From Carcharhinus longimanus (taxonomy: Eukaryota): a DNA stretch of 64,000 nt. Shown in pieces: positions 50,536 to 63,044 of the stretch (positions within the stretch are counted from its first letter, which is position 1; every line of letters starts with the position of its first letter). The notes under the pieces were generated by a model. That model saw nothing but the letters and a program-made list of their open reading frames with translations. It was not told the origin of the DNA and did no database searches. The position numbers and the translations under genes were made by a program. The stretch covers positions 12,309,246 to 12,373,245 of the forward strand of contig JASCQW010000168.1 in assembly GCA_030264375.1 (NCBI GenBank). Direction: 5' to 3'.

Positions 50536-53189
50536 TTTTCAACACAGGGTCAACCCAAATCACAACTCTGCAAACTCCATCCAGGAACAAGTTACCAGAA
50601 TTTTGGGTTTGTGTTCGGGAACTGGGTCTTATGGGAGTCATAGTGGCCTAAACAAACAAGTGCAGTCTTTGAGATCGTATAGTGTTTCAACATGAAGCTT
50701 ATTCAAACTTGTACTAGGAGAGCACCCAGAGAACCAGCTCAGGCTGTTCTTCTGAGTGACTCTACTCAGGTGGATTTGAATAGCATTCTTATACAATTTC
50801 ATGTTAGAATGTATACACTCAATGTTCCGGTTGGGCCATTATCTGTTAATTCAGTTTTTGTTATTTTGGAACTATATTTGCAATTGATGATAATGGGATC
50901 TGTAGGCCTGTTTTCCTCATTAGACTATCTCGCACAATGTTATTTCAGTTACCCAGGATGATGTTAACTTGCACTGTTTCCTTCTTTATTTCCTGTGTTG
51001 ATTGTTTCTACTTCTGTGTGATATGAAGTCATTATAAGCCTCCTCCAGCATGTAAATTTATTAATTACTGCAACTATCACCTCTTCAACCATTTTCTTGG
51101 TTTTTGATTAGATTTATGGGAGGAATAATGATCTATACATTCTTCCCAGACATGGTAAAGTCATGGTAAACAGTACCTTGGATCTCCATTGTTGTTAGAA
51201 TGTCTGGTATCCATCACCTGGTGTGTAGCTGTCTGGTTAGCCCTCACAGCAGCCCCCAAATGCACACTCCCAAATGCTCCATCAATTACAATCTACATCA
51301 CCTCACTCCCCCATCCACTCACTCTCCCTACCCCCACCCTTATGCCATTCATGCCAACAATGGCCACCCAATGGCCCTGAAACCCACTATGAGAATCTAA
51401 GCTCATCTATCCTTCCCACAGATTTTTATTGCTCCTGTGTCAATTTAGCATCAATTCATGCAAACCCATGTCCCATCTACCACCCTTGCTCTTGAGCCTA
51501 CCACCCTTTCTCTTGAACCGACTATGCCAACTCACCCAGTGTCCGCCATAGGAAGATGTCAGGACACATGCTGAGATTAAATCAAGTTCTTAAGTGTCTA
51601 TTGATCAATTCATTATTTTTAATGAAGCACTCTCACTGATTTAAAAAAAAATCTCTTCACCTTTTAAGTTTCTTTAATTGCTTATAAAAATAATTACAGG
51701 AAATCATAGTTCCACTTTTAAGAATTCGAAACTACTTGGAGCTATCAATCAAACTGTAAACTAATAGTCACCCCACTGTGATAATGTAAAGATATTAAAT
51801 CAGTCATGGAGCACTAATCCTGTAATGACAACCCTCAGGTTTATGTCAATAGTCAGAGTGAAATAGCAAGCATGAATTTTTTTAAACATTTCAAACCATT
51901 TCTTCAAATATTTAAAGGAGATTTAAATACCAACTCCTTTTGATGGTCCTTCTTTGAAGACTCTCTTGATAGTTCCAATGTGTTTATGCAGTTTTTACGT
52001 GCTTTTTTGAATTTAACAATTTCAAAGGGCACACTACCTCTCCCAAAGAGCATCTTACCTCTCCTCAGTGGTAGCATACCTTTCACAAAGGGCAGTTGAT
52101 CTGCCCCATTGATATCTTTGTCCATATCCAAAATGGTACCCTGTCTCTCCAATGAATTCTGGCAGCCTAAGACCTTCCCCTACCAGATCTAAAGTGCACA
52201 AGCTGTGTTTTAAATGTGCCACAGGAGTAAATGAGATCAGCCTAAAGATTTAACATGTGCAGTTGTCTCCGTGAACAATAGATGTGCAGCTTAGAACCCA
52301 CCCCAATTCCCCTTCTCCTAATGGTACGTACTGCATTTGGGACATGACATATGGATTTGGGCCTCTGCCACCATTTTAATATTGACAGAGCGATTCTTTG
52401 GTTTTACAAAAATTAATGTGCATATGTAGGAAGTGCTCCCCCTACTGTTATAGCACAAATAAATACATCCTTGTGGAAATTCTGGAACCAAAATAACTAA
52501 AATGTTGCTGTATGTCTCAAATTTGAACAGACTTTGTGATTTAATGCTGCAGGTCCAGCTTCATGAATACTAGAAAACATGGCAACGGAATGGAGGTGAA
52601 GGTGACTGCTGCATGTGTGCCCCCAGTCCCTCACTCGGCCCCCAGTCCCTCAAACAAACATGGTGCTCTCAATACGATTTGAAATCTGCCCCTCAATCGC
52701 TTTAATACCCCCTTCTTTGTGATTGGCACCCTCAACTTATGGTCCTCTCAACCACCTTCAGTCCCCAGCACAAATTCTTGCAACTGGCTCCATCTTTCAG
52801 TCAAAACCAAACTTCAGAATTTCAATGCCATATTTGACCCATTCAGCTCATGGCCAGCATTCATTCCATTTCTTTTGAGTCCATCAATGATTTAACTTAA
52901 ATCATTTTTACTTATGTTGTGAGGCTGTATGCAAACAAAAACCTAAAGAGATCTGTGATATATATATATATGTTGGGTGGGGTGCATCTGTCACGTGAGC
53001 CCTGGTGAGGGGGTTTAGCTCCTCCCAGTATGGAATGCCATTATCAGTTTTTGACTTGACTGAGGGACAGTGCACACCTTTAATGAAGATTTTTCTCACA
53101 TCGATGTTTACGAGGTTTACTTTGTGGCTTTTTTGTGTCATAATTTGTTAAATACATATGTAACAGGAGTGACTTTTGTGCTGTCTTCA

Positions 53190-53395
53190 CCAGGTGTTTT
53201 GGGTGCTGCAAAGCTCAAAGGAAACATTACATTCAACCCTGTTTCCTCAATATATTATCACATAATATCCCCTTCATTCACCTCTGCAACATCACATGCC
53301 AGCACCCTAACTTCAGCTATTTTGCTGCTGAATCCAGATCTATTCTTGGAGGTTTTGTCACATGATCTCTTGCCTCCATGCAACCGTCTCCTTCA
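53190..53395 (+). mobile_element. Very decayed L2-like fragment
   Basis: 'tcacctctgcaacatcacatgccagcaccctaacttcagctattttgctgctgaa' resembles L2 'HLRNIARLRP.LS..AAE'. Confidence 0.4.
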
Positions 53396-53466
53396 AACAG
53401 CAATATGCAATGAAACACGGATGTATGTTTTCCAATCCATTGTCTTGTCTTAGCCCAAAGTGGCGT

Positions 53467-53694
53467 TCAACGGGAAGTGCCACCTTTCTCCCCCGTCCAG
53501 GACTTGTGAAGCTTCAGTTTGCAGCCGAGATCCCTCAGGGCAGTTTTTGCCAGGTCCTCGCGGTCTTAGTGTGTGGTCTTAGCCTGCAGGATGAGCACCT
53601 CAGCTCCCATCTCCAGGATCAGCTGGGAGAAGTCAGGATTGTGTGCTGCCAGGTTATGGAGCAGCATGCAAGCCTGCTTCTGGACATTCATCTC
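53467..53694 (-). pseudogene. ARMC6: ARMC6 (armadillo repeat-containing 6) C-terminal pseudogene fragment, probably processed
   Basis: Translates [74 protein letters not shown], collinear with the vertebrate ARMC6 C-terminus as I recall it ([15 protein letters not shown]...[43 protein letters not shown]). In-frame TAA at 53566-53568. Confidence 0.85.
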
Positions 53695-54824
53695 CAATAT
53701 TCTTATAACTAGTACATGAAAATGTTCAAAGCAAATGAGAATACAATTCATTAATTCCCTGGTAATTTTTTTCCTCACTAGTGTTTAGGAGATAAGCATT
53801 TCCAGCATTTGTTTCCATTTCAGACTTCCAGTATTCATTGTATTTTGCTTTTTTTTCTGAACACACTCTTTGAAGGGCCTTGGGATAATTTTCCACCTGA
53901 AAGAAGCTTTCTAAATGTATGTTTTCTGTTGCGCATGACCTGCCTTCCTAATATTCCAATTTGGCCCTGGTTTACATATTGGAATGTCTTGTTAGTAACC
54001 CAGAAATTCCAGATAACCATTCCCCTTTAAACTCATTACTAAACGTTGTAAATGAACTGAAGCATGAAACTATTTTGACACACCATGACATAGGCAGATT
54101 TCATTTGCACTTACTATATGTGTGATAGAAAACTCCCAAATTCCAAGAAAATGTCAAATAATAGAATAAGCATGTGTCTAAATACTCTACTGTGCTACCG
54201 CACACAGTTTGGCTTCGGAGATCATTAAAGAGGTCAACCAAGTTAAGTTTCTGGACAGTTTCACATAAGTGAAGGCTAATATCAGAGAGTTGGTGCCTGT
54301 GAGTCTGTAACAACAGTGTTTACAAAGAAGTAAACAGCAGATCTGAATGATTGGGAGGGGTTGCCTGAAGCCGTTTAAACAGTGTTGTTACCAGTGCTTT
54401 ACTAGTTTCTAAGCTGGTGTATTAGCTTGCAGGCAACAGAATAAGGTGCTTCTTTTGATGGAAACATACACAGTTGACCTCAAACACTGCATTTATTGCA
54501 GTGAGTTGCAATCCACTTCTTGACATCAGCAAGTACGTTTTATGCTGGATCCAAAAAATGTTGGCAATAAAAAAAAGCAAACAGAACCAGTACTCTCAGT
54601 TGGTTTTGAGTGTTTCCCTGTGAAAAAATATATTAGGGGTAATTTTCTGGCATTGTCTTAATATCCAAACTTAATAATTTCAAGATTGTTAATTGCACCT
54701 AACACCAGGTTCATTATTTAAAAACATAATAACTCAGTTTCATTCTATAGTTAGCTTAGTTGAGGTATTAGGAGTGCTGACTGGTAGTACAACTGATAAC
54801 AACCCAAAAATAAATTTTCTGTAA

Positions 54825-54925
54825 CCAAAGAGAAAATGCTGGGAAATCTCAGCAGGTCTGGCAGTATCTGTAAGGAGGGAAAAGAACTGACATTTCAAGT
54901 CCAGATGACCCTTTGTCAAAGCTGA
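54825..54925 (-). mobile_element. Penelope-type 3' tail (second family) with degenerate hammerhead
   Basis: Minus strand 'ctttgacaaagggtcatctggacttgaaatgtcagttc...ctgccagacctgctgagatttcccagcattttc'. Confidence 0.6.
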
Positions 54926-55464
54926 GCAAAAGTAATTTGTTTTTATTACTTAATAAATTTTCTGCATTCAGTAAGGTCAGCTACTGGGAAGACCTGGTTT
55001 AAAAAAAAATCACTCTTGGTTTATCCAAAAGCACAAGGCTAATCCACAGTCTCATTTCTGAACTTCGATCAACTATCTCCTATTGGCCTTCCTTCTCTAC
55101 TGGCTCCATCCTTAATTCCAACACTAAGCATCCAGAATTTTCCATCACAAAGATCTGTGCAAGTGCTTCACCTTTTTCCCACCCCATGATCCCTTCAAGT
55201 TGCTTCTTCGCTTCAGCCATATCCTATAGCACCTCTGTGCCACATACACTACTAAGCTCATCTCTCCCATAGATACTACCTCTTGTTCCCTTGAATTCTT
55301 CCTGACCCACCTTCTCACCACTCAAGTATCTTTCGTTGGTTCTTGGGAATTCTGCATGGTCAGATGCACTATTTTTCAGTTGAAATGCTAAACCTAAGCA
55401 CTTTGTTGAGATCAAGATGAAATATTCAAAAGCACTTTCTGTTCTCTGTGTGCTGGCAGCATTC

Positions 55465-55712
55465 ACCAGGGTGATTCAGTGGTTAGCACTGCTGTCTCAC
55501 AGCGCCAGGGACCCAGTTCAGTTCTGGCCTTGGGTGACTGACTGTATGGAGTTTGCATGTTGTCCCTGTGCCTGTGTGAGTTTCCTCTGGTTTTCTCCAC
55601 AGTCAAAGATGTGTGGGTTAGGCTGATTGGCCATGCTAAATTGCCCTTTAATGTCAGGGAGATTAGCAGAGTAGATGTGTGGGATTATGGGGATAGGGCC
55701 TGGGTGGAATTG
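55465..55712 (+). mobile_element. HE1-type SINE
   Basis: 'cagtggttagcactgctgtctcacagcgccagggaccc...ttggccatgctaaattgccc...gggatagggcctgggtgg'. Confidence 0.88.
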
Positions 55713-55714
55713 CT

Positions 55715-56392
55715 CCTCTACCTCCCTTGTACTCGCTGACCTACATTGGCTCCTATTCAAGAAACTTCTTGGTTTTAAAGTTCCCTCTTTGTTTTCAAGT
55801 CCTTCTAATGCCTGCCTCTCCCCTAAATCTGTAATCTCCAACTTTACAACCCTCTGAGGTATCAATGTTTCTCTAATTCTGGTCTCTTGTACATTTCCAA
55901 TCATTATTGCCCCATTATTAGTGAACATTCCGACAGTTGCTTAGGCGCAATGCTCTGGAATTCCCTCTGTAAACCTCACCACCTCTCTACCTTGCTTTCT
56001 TCCTTTAAACTGGAGAACTATAGAATCCTCCATTGCAGAGAGAGACCATTTAGCTCATTGAGTCTGCGCCCACTCTCCAAAAGATCATCCCACACATACT
56101 TTCCCCTCTGCCGCAGCATCATAACCATGCACATTTACCATAATCCAATCCACCTAACCTGCCTATCTTTGGAGTGTGAGGGGAAACTGGAGAACATAGA
56201 GGAAACCCACGCAGAGACGGGGAGAAGGTGCAAACTCCACAGACCCTCTTCTTAAAAGCTACCTCTTTGATCATCTTATCTGATATCTTCTGATGTAAGT
56301 TCAATGTCATACCTTGTTTCCAAAAGTATCTGTGAAATGTCTGGGATATTTCATTATGTTAAAGGTGCTGTCAAAATACAGATTGTTGTTTG
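55715..56392 (+). mobile_element. L2-like LINE 3' end split by a SINE at about 56018-56245
   Basis: 'ctcgctgacctacattggctcc' (LADLHWL), 'ctctggaattccctc' (LWNSL), resuming 'cttaaaagctacctctttga' (LKSYLF), then 3' UTR 'ttatgttaaaggtgctgtcaaaatacagattgttgtt'. Confidence 0.75.
56018..56245 (-). mobile_element. HE1-related SINE fragment
   Basis: Minus strand 'gtggagtttgcaccttctccccgtctctgcgtgggtttcc...ccaaagataggcaggttaggtggattgg' plus a CR1-like tail. Confidence 0.8.
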
Positions 56393-57079
56393 ACATCATC
56401 TGGAATGTTAAGGGAGGGTTGTGCCACCATCTCCACCTTTTCAAACCTCATCATCTCACAATAATATTTTATTCATCAAATCATGCTCCATGTCCTAACA
56501 CATGAGCTGTGTCTAATTTTGCAGCAATGTGAGGAGAGACACCATTTTTTGATCTTGAGAGGTGCTAATGACAATTTATGGGCTGTTCAGTTGTAAAAAA
56601 GAGCATATGGGACCACACAGGTAAAGGAGAGTGCCCTTTCGTTAATGTACAATCACGGGAGCAAATTATCCCTTGTTTTTTTGTTAGCAACTATATTCTG
56701 TGTTGAATGCCTCCTCCTAAAGGGAGACTTGATCGCGTCCTTTCAATTCTAATAAAGGGTAATCCCAGGCAGAAGGGCCTTCTCTCAGAAAAATGTTCAG
56801 CTTTGCTGTTGTATAGCTAACCTAGAAGAGCACAGGTGGTCTCACACGGTATTCCTGTGAAAAGACATACAGATGTAGCAGGTTATGTTACACAGGAGAG
56901 ACAGGTATAGATAGTGCTTCAATTCACAGGACAACAATAATAATATAATCCATCATTCAAACACAGGACATGAATGATAGTAGGTGCACATTCATTTATC
57001 CCACCATTTCCGAACAGACAACTGTTTGTTGTCGGATAGCACATGATTTTTTTTTTACAATGCACCTTCCTGACGTGGT

Positions 57080-57378
57080 TCAGTGGTACAGTGGTTAGCA
57101 CTGTTGTCTTATAACACCAGGGACCCGGTTCGATTCCTGGTTTGGCTCACTTTCTGTGCAGAATTTGCACATTCTCCCCCTGTCTGTGTGGGTTTCCTTC
57201 AGGTACTCAGGTTTCCTCCCACAGTTCGAAAGATGTGCTGGTTGGGTGCATTTGCCATACTAAATTCTCCCTCAGTGTACCCGAACAGGCGCCGGAATGT
57301 GGTGACCGGAGGATTTTCACAATAATTTCATTGCAGTGTTAATGTCAGCCTACTTGCGACACTAATAAATAAACCTAA
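57080..57378 (+). mobile_element. HE1-headed SINE with alternative tail
   Basis: 'gtggtacagtggttagcactg...ggttcgattcc...ctcagtgtacccgaacaggcgccgg...cctacttgcgacactaataaataaac'. Confidence 0.9.
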
Positions 57379-58379
57379 ATCTTATGGCTAACAGATTGAT
57401 TTGCATCCATGTTTAATTTTTTTTTTAGAACCTTCACACTGTGTCACACCATATTTGACTCCTGCCACGATAGCAATTGAATACTGACACTGCAATATGT
57501 AATCTCGTGGACTAAGTCTGTGCATTAATATTTCCTGTACCTGTTACCTTGGTAGTCTTCAGAGGGCTGAGAAGTTAATGATTTGAGCATCATGGGGCTC
57601 AGGACAAGTTGCTGGACAAACTGCTGGCCTCTGTGCTGGTGACCCTTGCAGTCAGAAAATGATCAATTTCTCCAGCATCCCATTGACAAGCCTCAGAATA
57701 CCCATTCAGTAAAAATGGAATCTCCATCAGTACTGCGGCTTTTGACAAATGCCACTCTGTCAAGCCCTTTATTATTTTTTTCAGTCACTACATGGTTAGG
57801 CGGCAGTGCTGTTGGCATGATTGCAGGTTACTCAGGACACCCAAGATTTCCAACTCCAACTCTATTCAACAGTATTTCACATTGTAGAATTTCAGAATTA
57901 AATCAAGGAAAAGGGTTAATGATGAGAGAAAAAACAAAAGCGGAAAGTAGTCCTCGGATGAAAAATGTGATACCAGAGAGAATCTCACATTTTGTCTTTA
58001 TATGTATGTTCCGTTGTTTTTAGATTTTTCATTGCCTACGTAATTCTCTGGATGATAGATTTTTGAGAGATGGCCCCTTGTTGTCCACAGATTCCTCACT
58101 GATATAAATGTAGGAAATCATATGTAAAATCTGACAGATAAAATATTCTATGATTGTTTCCAGGGACCTGTCTGGATTTAATGAACAACACAAAATCTTA
58201 TTTGGGTAAATTTCTAAATAAGGAGATAACCATTACACAGAAGGATTGCACCTGGAAAGCCATTATCTAAAAATGTATTGATGTTATTTTATATAAAGCT
58301 TTAAAGATGATCTCATAATTGTAGACCAGAACAACTTTTGAAAAGAACATCTTGTCAGCTTTGAAGTAGACCGAGTCAT

Positions 58380-58985
58380 ATTAGATTGGATTTGATTTAT
58401 TATTATTACGTGTATTGGGATACAGTGAAAAGTATTGTTTCTTGGTGCTATACAGAGAAAACATACTGTTCATAGAGTACACAGAAGAAAAGGAGAGGAT
58501 GCAGAATGCAGTGTTGCTGTTGCTAGGGTGTAGAGAAAGATTGGCTTAATATATGGTAGGTCCATTCAAAAATCTGATGGCAGCATGGAAAAAGCTGTTC
58601 TTGAGTCAGTTGACACATGTTCTCAGGCTATTGTATCTTTTTCCCAACAGAAAAAGCTGGAAGAGAGTATGTCCAGAGTGCGTTGCATTTTTTGATTATG
58701 TTGGCTGCTTTTCCAAGGCAGCGGGAAGTGTAAACAGAGTCAATGGATGGGAGGTTGGTTGCATGATGAGCTGAGCTATGTTCACAACCCTTTGTAGTTT
58801 TTTATGATCTTGGTCAGAGCAGGAGCCATACCAAGCTATGATACATCCAGTCGCTGTGTCAGAGAGCAGTCGCTGTGTCATAAAGCGGGCTTTCTATGGT
58901 ACATCTGTAAAAATTGGGAAGAGCCATAGCGGGCATGCTGAATTTCCTTAGCCTCCTGAGAAAGTAAAGGTGTTGGTATGCCTTC
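58380..58985 (-). mobile_element. Rex1/Babar-clade LINE 3' fragment
   Basis: Minus strand QHLYFLRRLRKFSM...NFYRCTIES..GCIIAWYGSCSDQDHKKLQRVV, then a 3' UTR ending 'acgtaataataataaatcaaatccaatc'. Confidence 0.85.
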
Positions 58986-59196
58986 TTAACAGTAGAGTGG
59001 GATTCAATCTTGTGTTCTCTGTTTGCCCTAGATAAAATGTGTTACAAACCAAATCAAAAGTGAAATTATTTTCAGATTTGGTAACCAGGAAATAGCTTGC
59101 AACAAATATGAATCCGAAGAATAACAGGAGCATTCATTTAATGTAAGGTGGCAGCAATGCTTTCAATAACTTTCTTGGCTGGGAAGAACTTTCCAT

Positions 59197-59742
59197 AGTA
59201 AGAAGTCTCACAACACCAGGTTAAAGTCCAACAGGTTTATTTGGTCGCAAACGCCAGTAGCTTTTGAAGCGCTGCCCCTTCATCAGGTGAGTGGGAGTTC
59301 TGTTCACAAACAGGGCGTATAAAGACACACACTCAATTTACAGAATAATGATTAGAATGCAAGTCTTTACAGCTAATCAAGTCTTAAAGATACAGACAAT
59401 GTGAGTGGAGAGAGTGTTAAGCACAGGTTAAAAAGACGTGTATTGTCTCCAGACAGGACAGTTAGTGAAATTTTGCAAGTCCAGGCAAGTCGTGGGGGTT
59501 ACAGATAGTGTGACATGAACCCAAGATCCCGGTTGCGGCCATACTCGTGTGCAGAACTTGGCTATCTTGTCTCTGCTTAGTGACTCTGCACTGTCATGTG
59601 TTGTGAAGGCCGCCTTGGAGAACTCTTACCCAAAGATCAGAGGCCGAATGCCCGTGACCGTTGAAGTGTTCCCCAACAGGAAGAGAACAGTCTTGCCTGG
59701 TGATTGCCGAGCGGCGTCCATTCATCCATTGTCGTAGTGTCT
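59197..59742 (-). mobile_element. Penelope-like element 3' part: GIY-YIG endonuclease C-terminal half plus terminal repeat with hammerhead motif
   Basis: TLRQWMNGRRSAITRQDCSLPVGEHFNGHGHSASDLWVRVLQGGL...GRNRDLGFMSHYL*, then UTR 'ctcacctgatgaaggggcagcgcttcaaaagctactggc...aaataaacctgttggac'. Confidence 0.88.
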
Positions 59743-60164
59743 ACTATTAAAGCCAAAACACTTCTTTAGTGTCAGTGAAACAATAGATAAGCAAACCTGA
59801 TTTAAGTGAGACATAGCCCATGAAAGTAAATTTGTGTCTTCAAACATTGCTCCCGCTTTTTCTATATTATTTGCTCAGTTCTTGTTTTCTAATAGATTCT
59901 CGCTCAGGGCAACTCTTCAGCTAACTTTTTGTCCATATATAATCTGAATAAATTAATGAACAAATTCTGCATTATGTGTCAACTTGTGTTCCACTGTTAA
60001 ACAGATAAGACTTTTTTCTGGTTTTTGCATTTAAGATGTTTGAATATTTTGAAGATCTGTGTGTTTATCTTTATAGGTGAATTCAATAATACAGTAAATC
60101 AATGAGCGATGTATGTGTGTGTGTATATCTATATACTCACACACACACACGTACATATAACGTA

Positions 60165-60780
60165 TACATGGGTGTGCAGAGGACAAAGAGACACACTGGT
60201 GGAATGGGTGGACACATGGTAGATTAAATTCAATGCAATAAAGTGTGAAGTCGTACATTTTAGTAGGAAGAACCAGAAGAGAGACCATGAAGAAATAGCA
60301 CTTTCAAAGAGGTCCAGAAACAGAACTTTATGTGCACAAATAGTTGACAGTGGCAGGACGTGTTGAGAAAGCAGCTAAAAGGCATAGTAATAGAGAGTAC
60401 AAGCAAGGACATTATGATGAAATTTCACTGGTGAGTTTGCAACTGGAGTGCCATGTCCAATTTTTCACCTTAGGTTGGAGGTGAAAGCTTCAGAAAAGGT
60501 ACAGAAAAATAACATGAATGCCTCCAAGATGAGGACTTCAATAAAGAGGGAGGATTAGAGAATCTGGGGATGCTCCCCTTGGAGAAAGAAGTTTGAGATG
60601 TGATTCAGTGAAAGTGTTCAAAATCATGAGGGGTCTATAAATAAAGAGAAATTGTTTCCTTTGGGTAGAAGGGTTGTGAACCTAGAGACTCCAGGTTTAG
60701 GTGATTCACAAAAAGAGCAGTGGTGACATAAGGGTTATCTTTTTTACATGTGGCTCAAATCTAAATGCACTACCTGAGAC
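60165..60780 (+). mobile_element. Decayed CR1 RT C-terminus
   Basis: 'gtggaatgggtggacacatggtagattaaattcaatgcaataaagtgtgaagtcgtacatttt' resembles EW.DTWQ.KFNA.KCEV.HF; also 'gtgttcaaaatcatgaggggt' (VFKIMRG). Confidence 0.75.
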
Positions 60781-61384
60781 TATTTTTTATTCATCCAAGT
60801 GATGTGGACCTCTTTGGTTAGGGCAGCATTTATTGCCCATCCCTAATTGTCCTTGAGAAGGTGGTGGTGAGCTGCCTTTGTGAACTGTTGCAGTTCATGA
60901 GGTGTAGTACAACCACAGAGCTGTTAAGGAGGGAGTTCCAGGGTTTTAGCCCGGTAANNNNNNNGAACATTAATGTAATTCCAAGTCAGGATGGCTTTGA
61001 GGGGAATTTCTAAATGGTGGTGTTTCCTGGTGTCCACTGTCCTTGCCCTTCCACAGATGGTAGTGATCATGGGTTTGGAAGGTGGCATCTAAGGAGCAAT
61101 TCATCTTGTAAATGGTACACGCTACTGCTACTGTGCATCGATGATGAAGGGAGTGAATGTTTGTGGATCAGGTGCCAACAAAGCAGGCTGCTTTGTTCTG
61201 GATGCTGTCAAGCTTCTTGAATGTTGTTGGAGCTGCACACATCCAGGCAAGTGGAGAACATCACTCTCCTGATTTGTGCCTTGCAGATTGTGGACAAGCT
61301 TTGGGGAGTTGGAAGGTGAGTTACTTGCCACAAGATTTCTAACCTCTGACCTTTGCTTATAGCCACAATATTTATATGATTACA

Positions 61385-61550
61385 AGACATAGGAGCATTA
61401 GTAGGTCATCCAGCCCATTGAGTCTGCTTCAATGAGATTATGACTGACCTGATATGATTATCCTCCACTCTACTTTCCCAGCTCATCCCCATAACCCTTG
61501 ATTCCCTTCCTGATTACAAATCTCCCTATTTCAGCCTCAAACATACTCAG
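61385..61550 (-). mobile_element. CR1/HER1 3' tail
   Basis: 'gacataggagcattagtaggtcatccagcccattgagtctgcttcaatgagattatgactgacctg...ccccataacccttgattccc'. Confidence 0.75.
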
Positions 61551-61771
61551 TGACCCAGAGTTCTGGAAGTTCAACTGACTAAGTATGCTCAAAAAACAGG
61601 CAGGAATTGTTTTGGGAAAATCACCCCTATTGTCCCCACAAGGACGATGCATTGGTCACTCATAGACAGATGCATCTGCAACAGGCAGACTGGTGAGAAT
61701 GAGGTCAAGAATGATTTATTCCCTGTGTGGTTCTCTCTCCACCTGCTGCAGACCCAATCTAGCAACTTCTT

Positions 61772-61902
61772 AGTAAGAAGTCTTACAACAGGAGCAGCGT
61801 TCCCAAAGCTAGTGGCGTTTACTACCAAATAAACCTGTTGGACTTTAACCTGGTATTGTGAGACTTACTGTGTTTACTCCAGTCTAACACTAGCATTTCC
61901 AC
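61772..61902 (+). mobile_element. Penelope terminal repeat with short inverted 5' segment
   Basis: 'agtaagaagtcttacaaca' (minus orientation) is fused to plus-orientation 'ggagcagcgttcccaaagctagtggc...aaataaacctgttggactttaacctgg'. Confidence 0.8.
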
Positions 61903-61966
61903 TTTAGGACCCAGCCAGCTTAAACAGTAGTGGCGCTACCAAACCAAACCAATCTTGATAACGGAC

Positions 61967-62216
61967 TGTAATAACCCTCGGGACTTACATGGGGAATCTT
62001 TAATCAATTGTCGAATATGAGTTCCCGTGGTAATAGGCAATTGCCTGCACAGGAGGAACTCATCTCCAGAGCCCTTGATAAGGCAGACCCCTGAGCATGT
62101 CTGGTGTTGTATCGTCCCAGATGGAACTCATGTATATGCAACACAGGGTTATGGCTTAACCTTTGCTGTGAGGATAAAGCTTTGTTCTTTTCCAGTTTGC
62201 TTCCTGAGTTATTACG
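61967..62216. mobile_element. 250 bp solo LTR or TIR-bounded insertion with 5 bp TSD
   Basis: Termini TGTAATAAC...GTTATTACG, flanks CGGAC / TGGAC. LINE endonuclease homology is continuous across it. Confidence 0.7.
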
Positions 62217-63044
62217 TGGACATTGAAGTTTCTCACTCAGAGTACATTCTGCACCCTTGCCGTGCCCAGTGCTTCCTCCAAGTGGTGTTCAACATTGAGG
62301 GGGACTGAAAATGGGTAGCAAATGGTAATCAACAGGAAGTTTCCTTGTCCATATTAGACCTTATGTACTGAGACTTCATTGTATCCAGAATCAATGTTAA
62401 GGATTCCTAGGCCAACCCACTATGCCACTATCTCTGCGGAGTCTGTCCGGCCTGTAGCACAGGACATTCCTGGGATTCGTGATTGTGGTGCCTGGGACAT
62501 TCTCTGCGGTCCCATGATAGGTCCACGTTAGGCTGTTGCATGATTTGTCTATGAGACAGCTCTCTCAATTTTTGCATAAGCCCCTCGATGTTAGTCAGGA
62601 CATCTTTGCAGGGTCAAGGGGGTTAAGTTTGCCATTGTTGCTTTCCGTACCTGAGTCAATGCCAGGTGGCCCGTCTGGTTTCATTCCTTTGAGATCTTTT
62701 GGTGGTTTGAGGCAACTGAGTGGCTTGCTAGAACATTTCAGAGATCGTTTCAGAATCAACCACATTGCTGTGGGTCTGGAGTCACATCTCAGTCATACCA
62801 GGTTCATACCAGGAACAGCAGATTTATTTCCCTCAAGAACATTAGTGAACCAAATGGATTTTTACAACAATGGTTTCATGGCGACCATCAGACTTTCAAT
62901 CCAGATTTCTTGTGTTTGCTTACTTTTTAAAAATTCAAATTCCACCGCTTGCCAGACTTGAATCTGGTCCCCAGAGCATCATCCTTAGCAAAGCACTGGA
63001 TCACTAGCCCAGTGATAATGCCATTACATCCCGCATCCCCAGAG

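Larger units (their letters stand above)
60785..63020 (-). mobile_element. Fragmented CR1-group LINE (5' region, AP endonuclease, RT C-terminus, 3' UTR) with nested insertions
   Basis: RT 'VTHLPTPQSLSTICKAQIRRVM'; endonuclease 'LGLQQV.REPH...LDLILTSLPVADASV', 'NFNVH' and 'NVPGTTIT.PG'. Nested: CR1 tail 61385-61550, Penelope 61772-61902, solo LTR 61967-62216. Confidence 0.8.
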
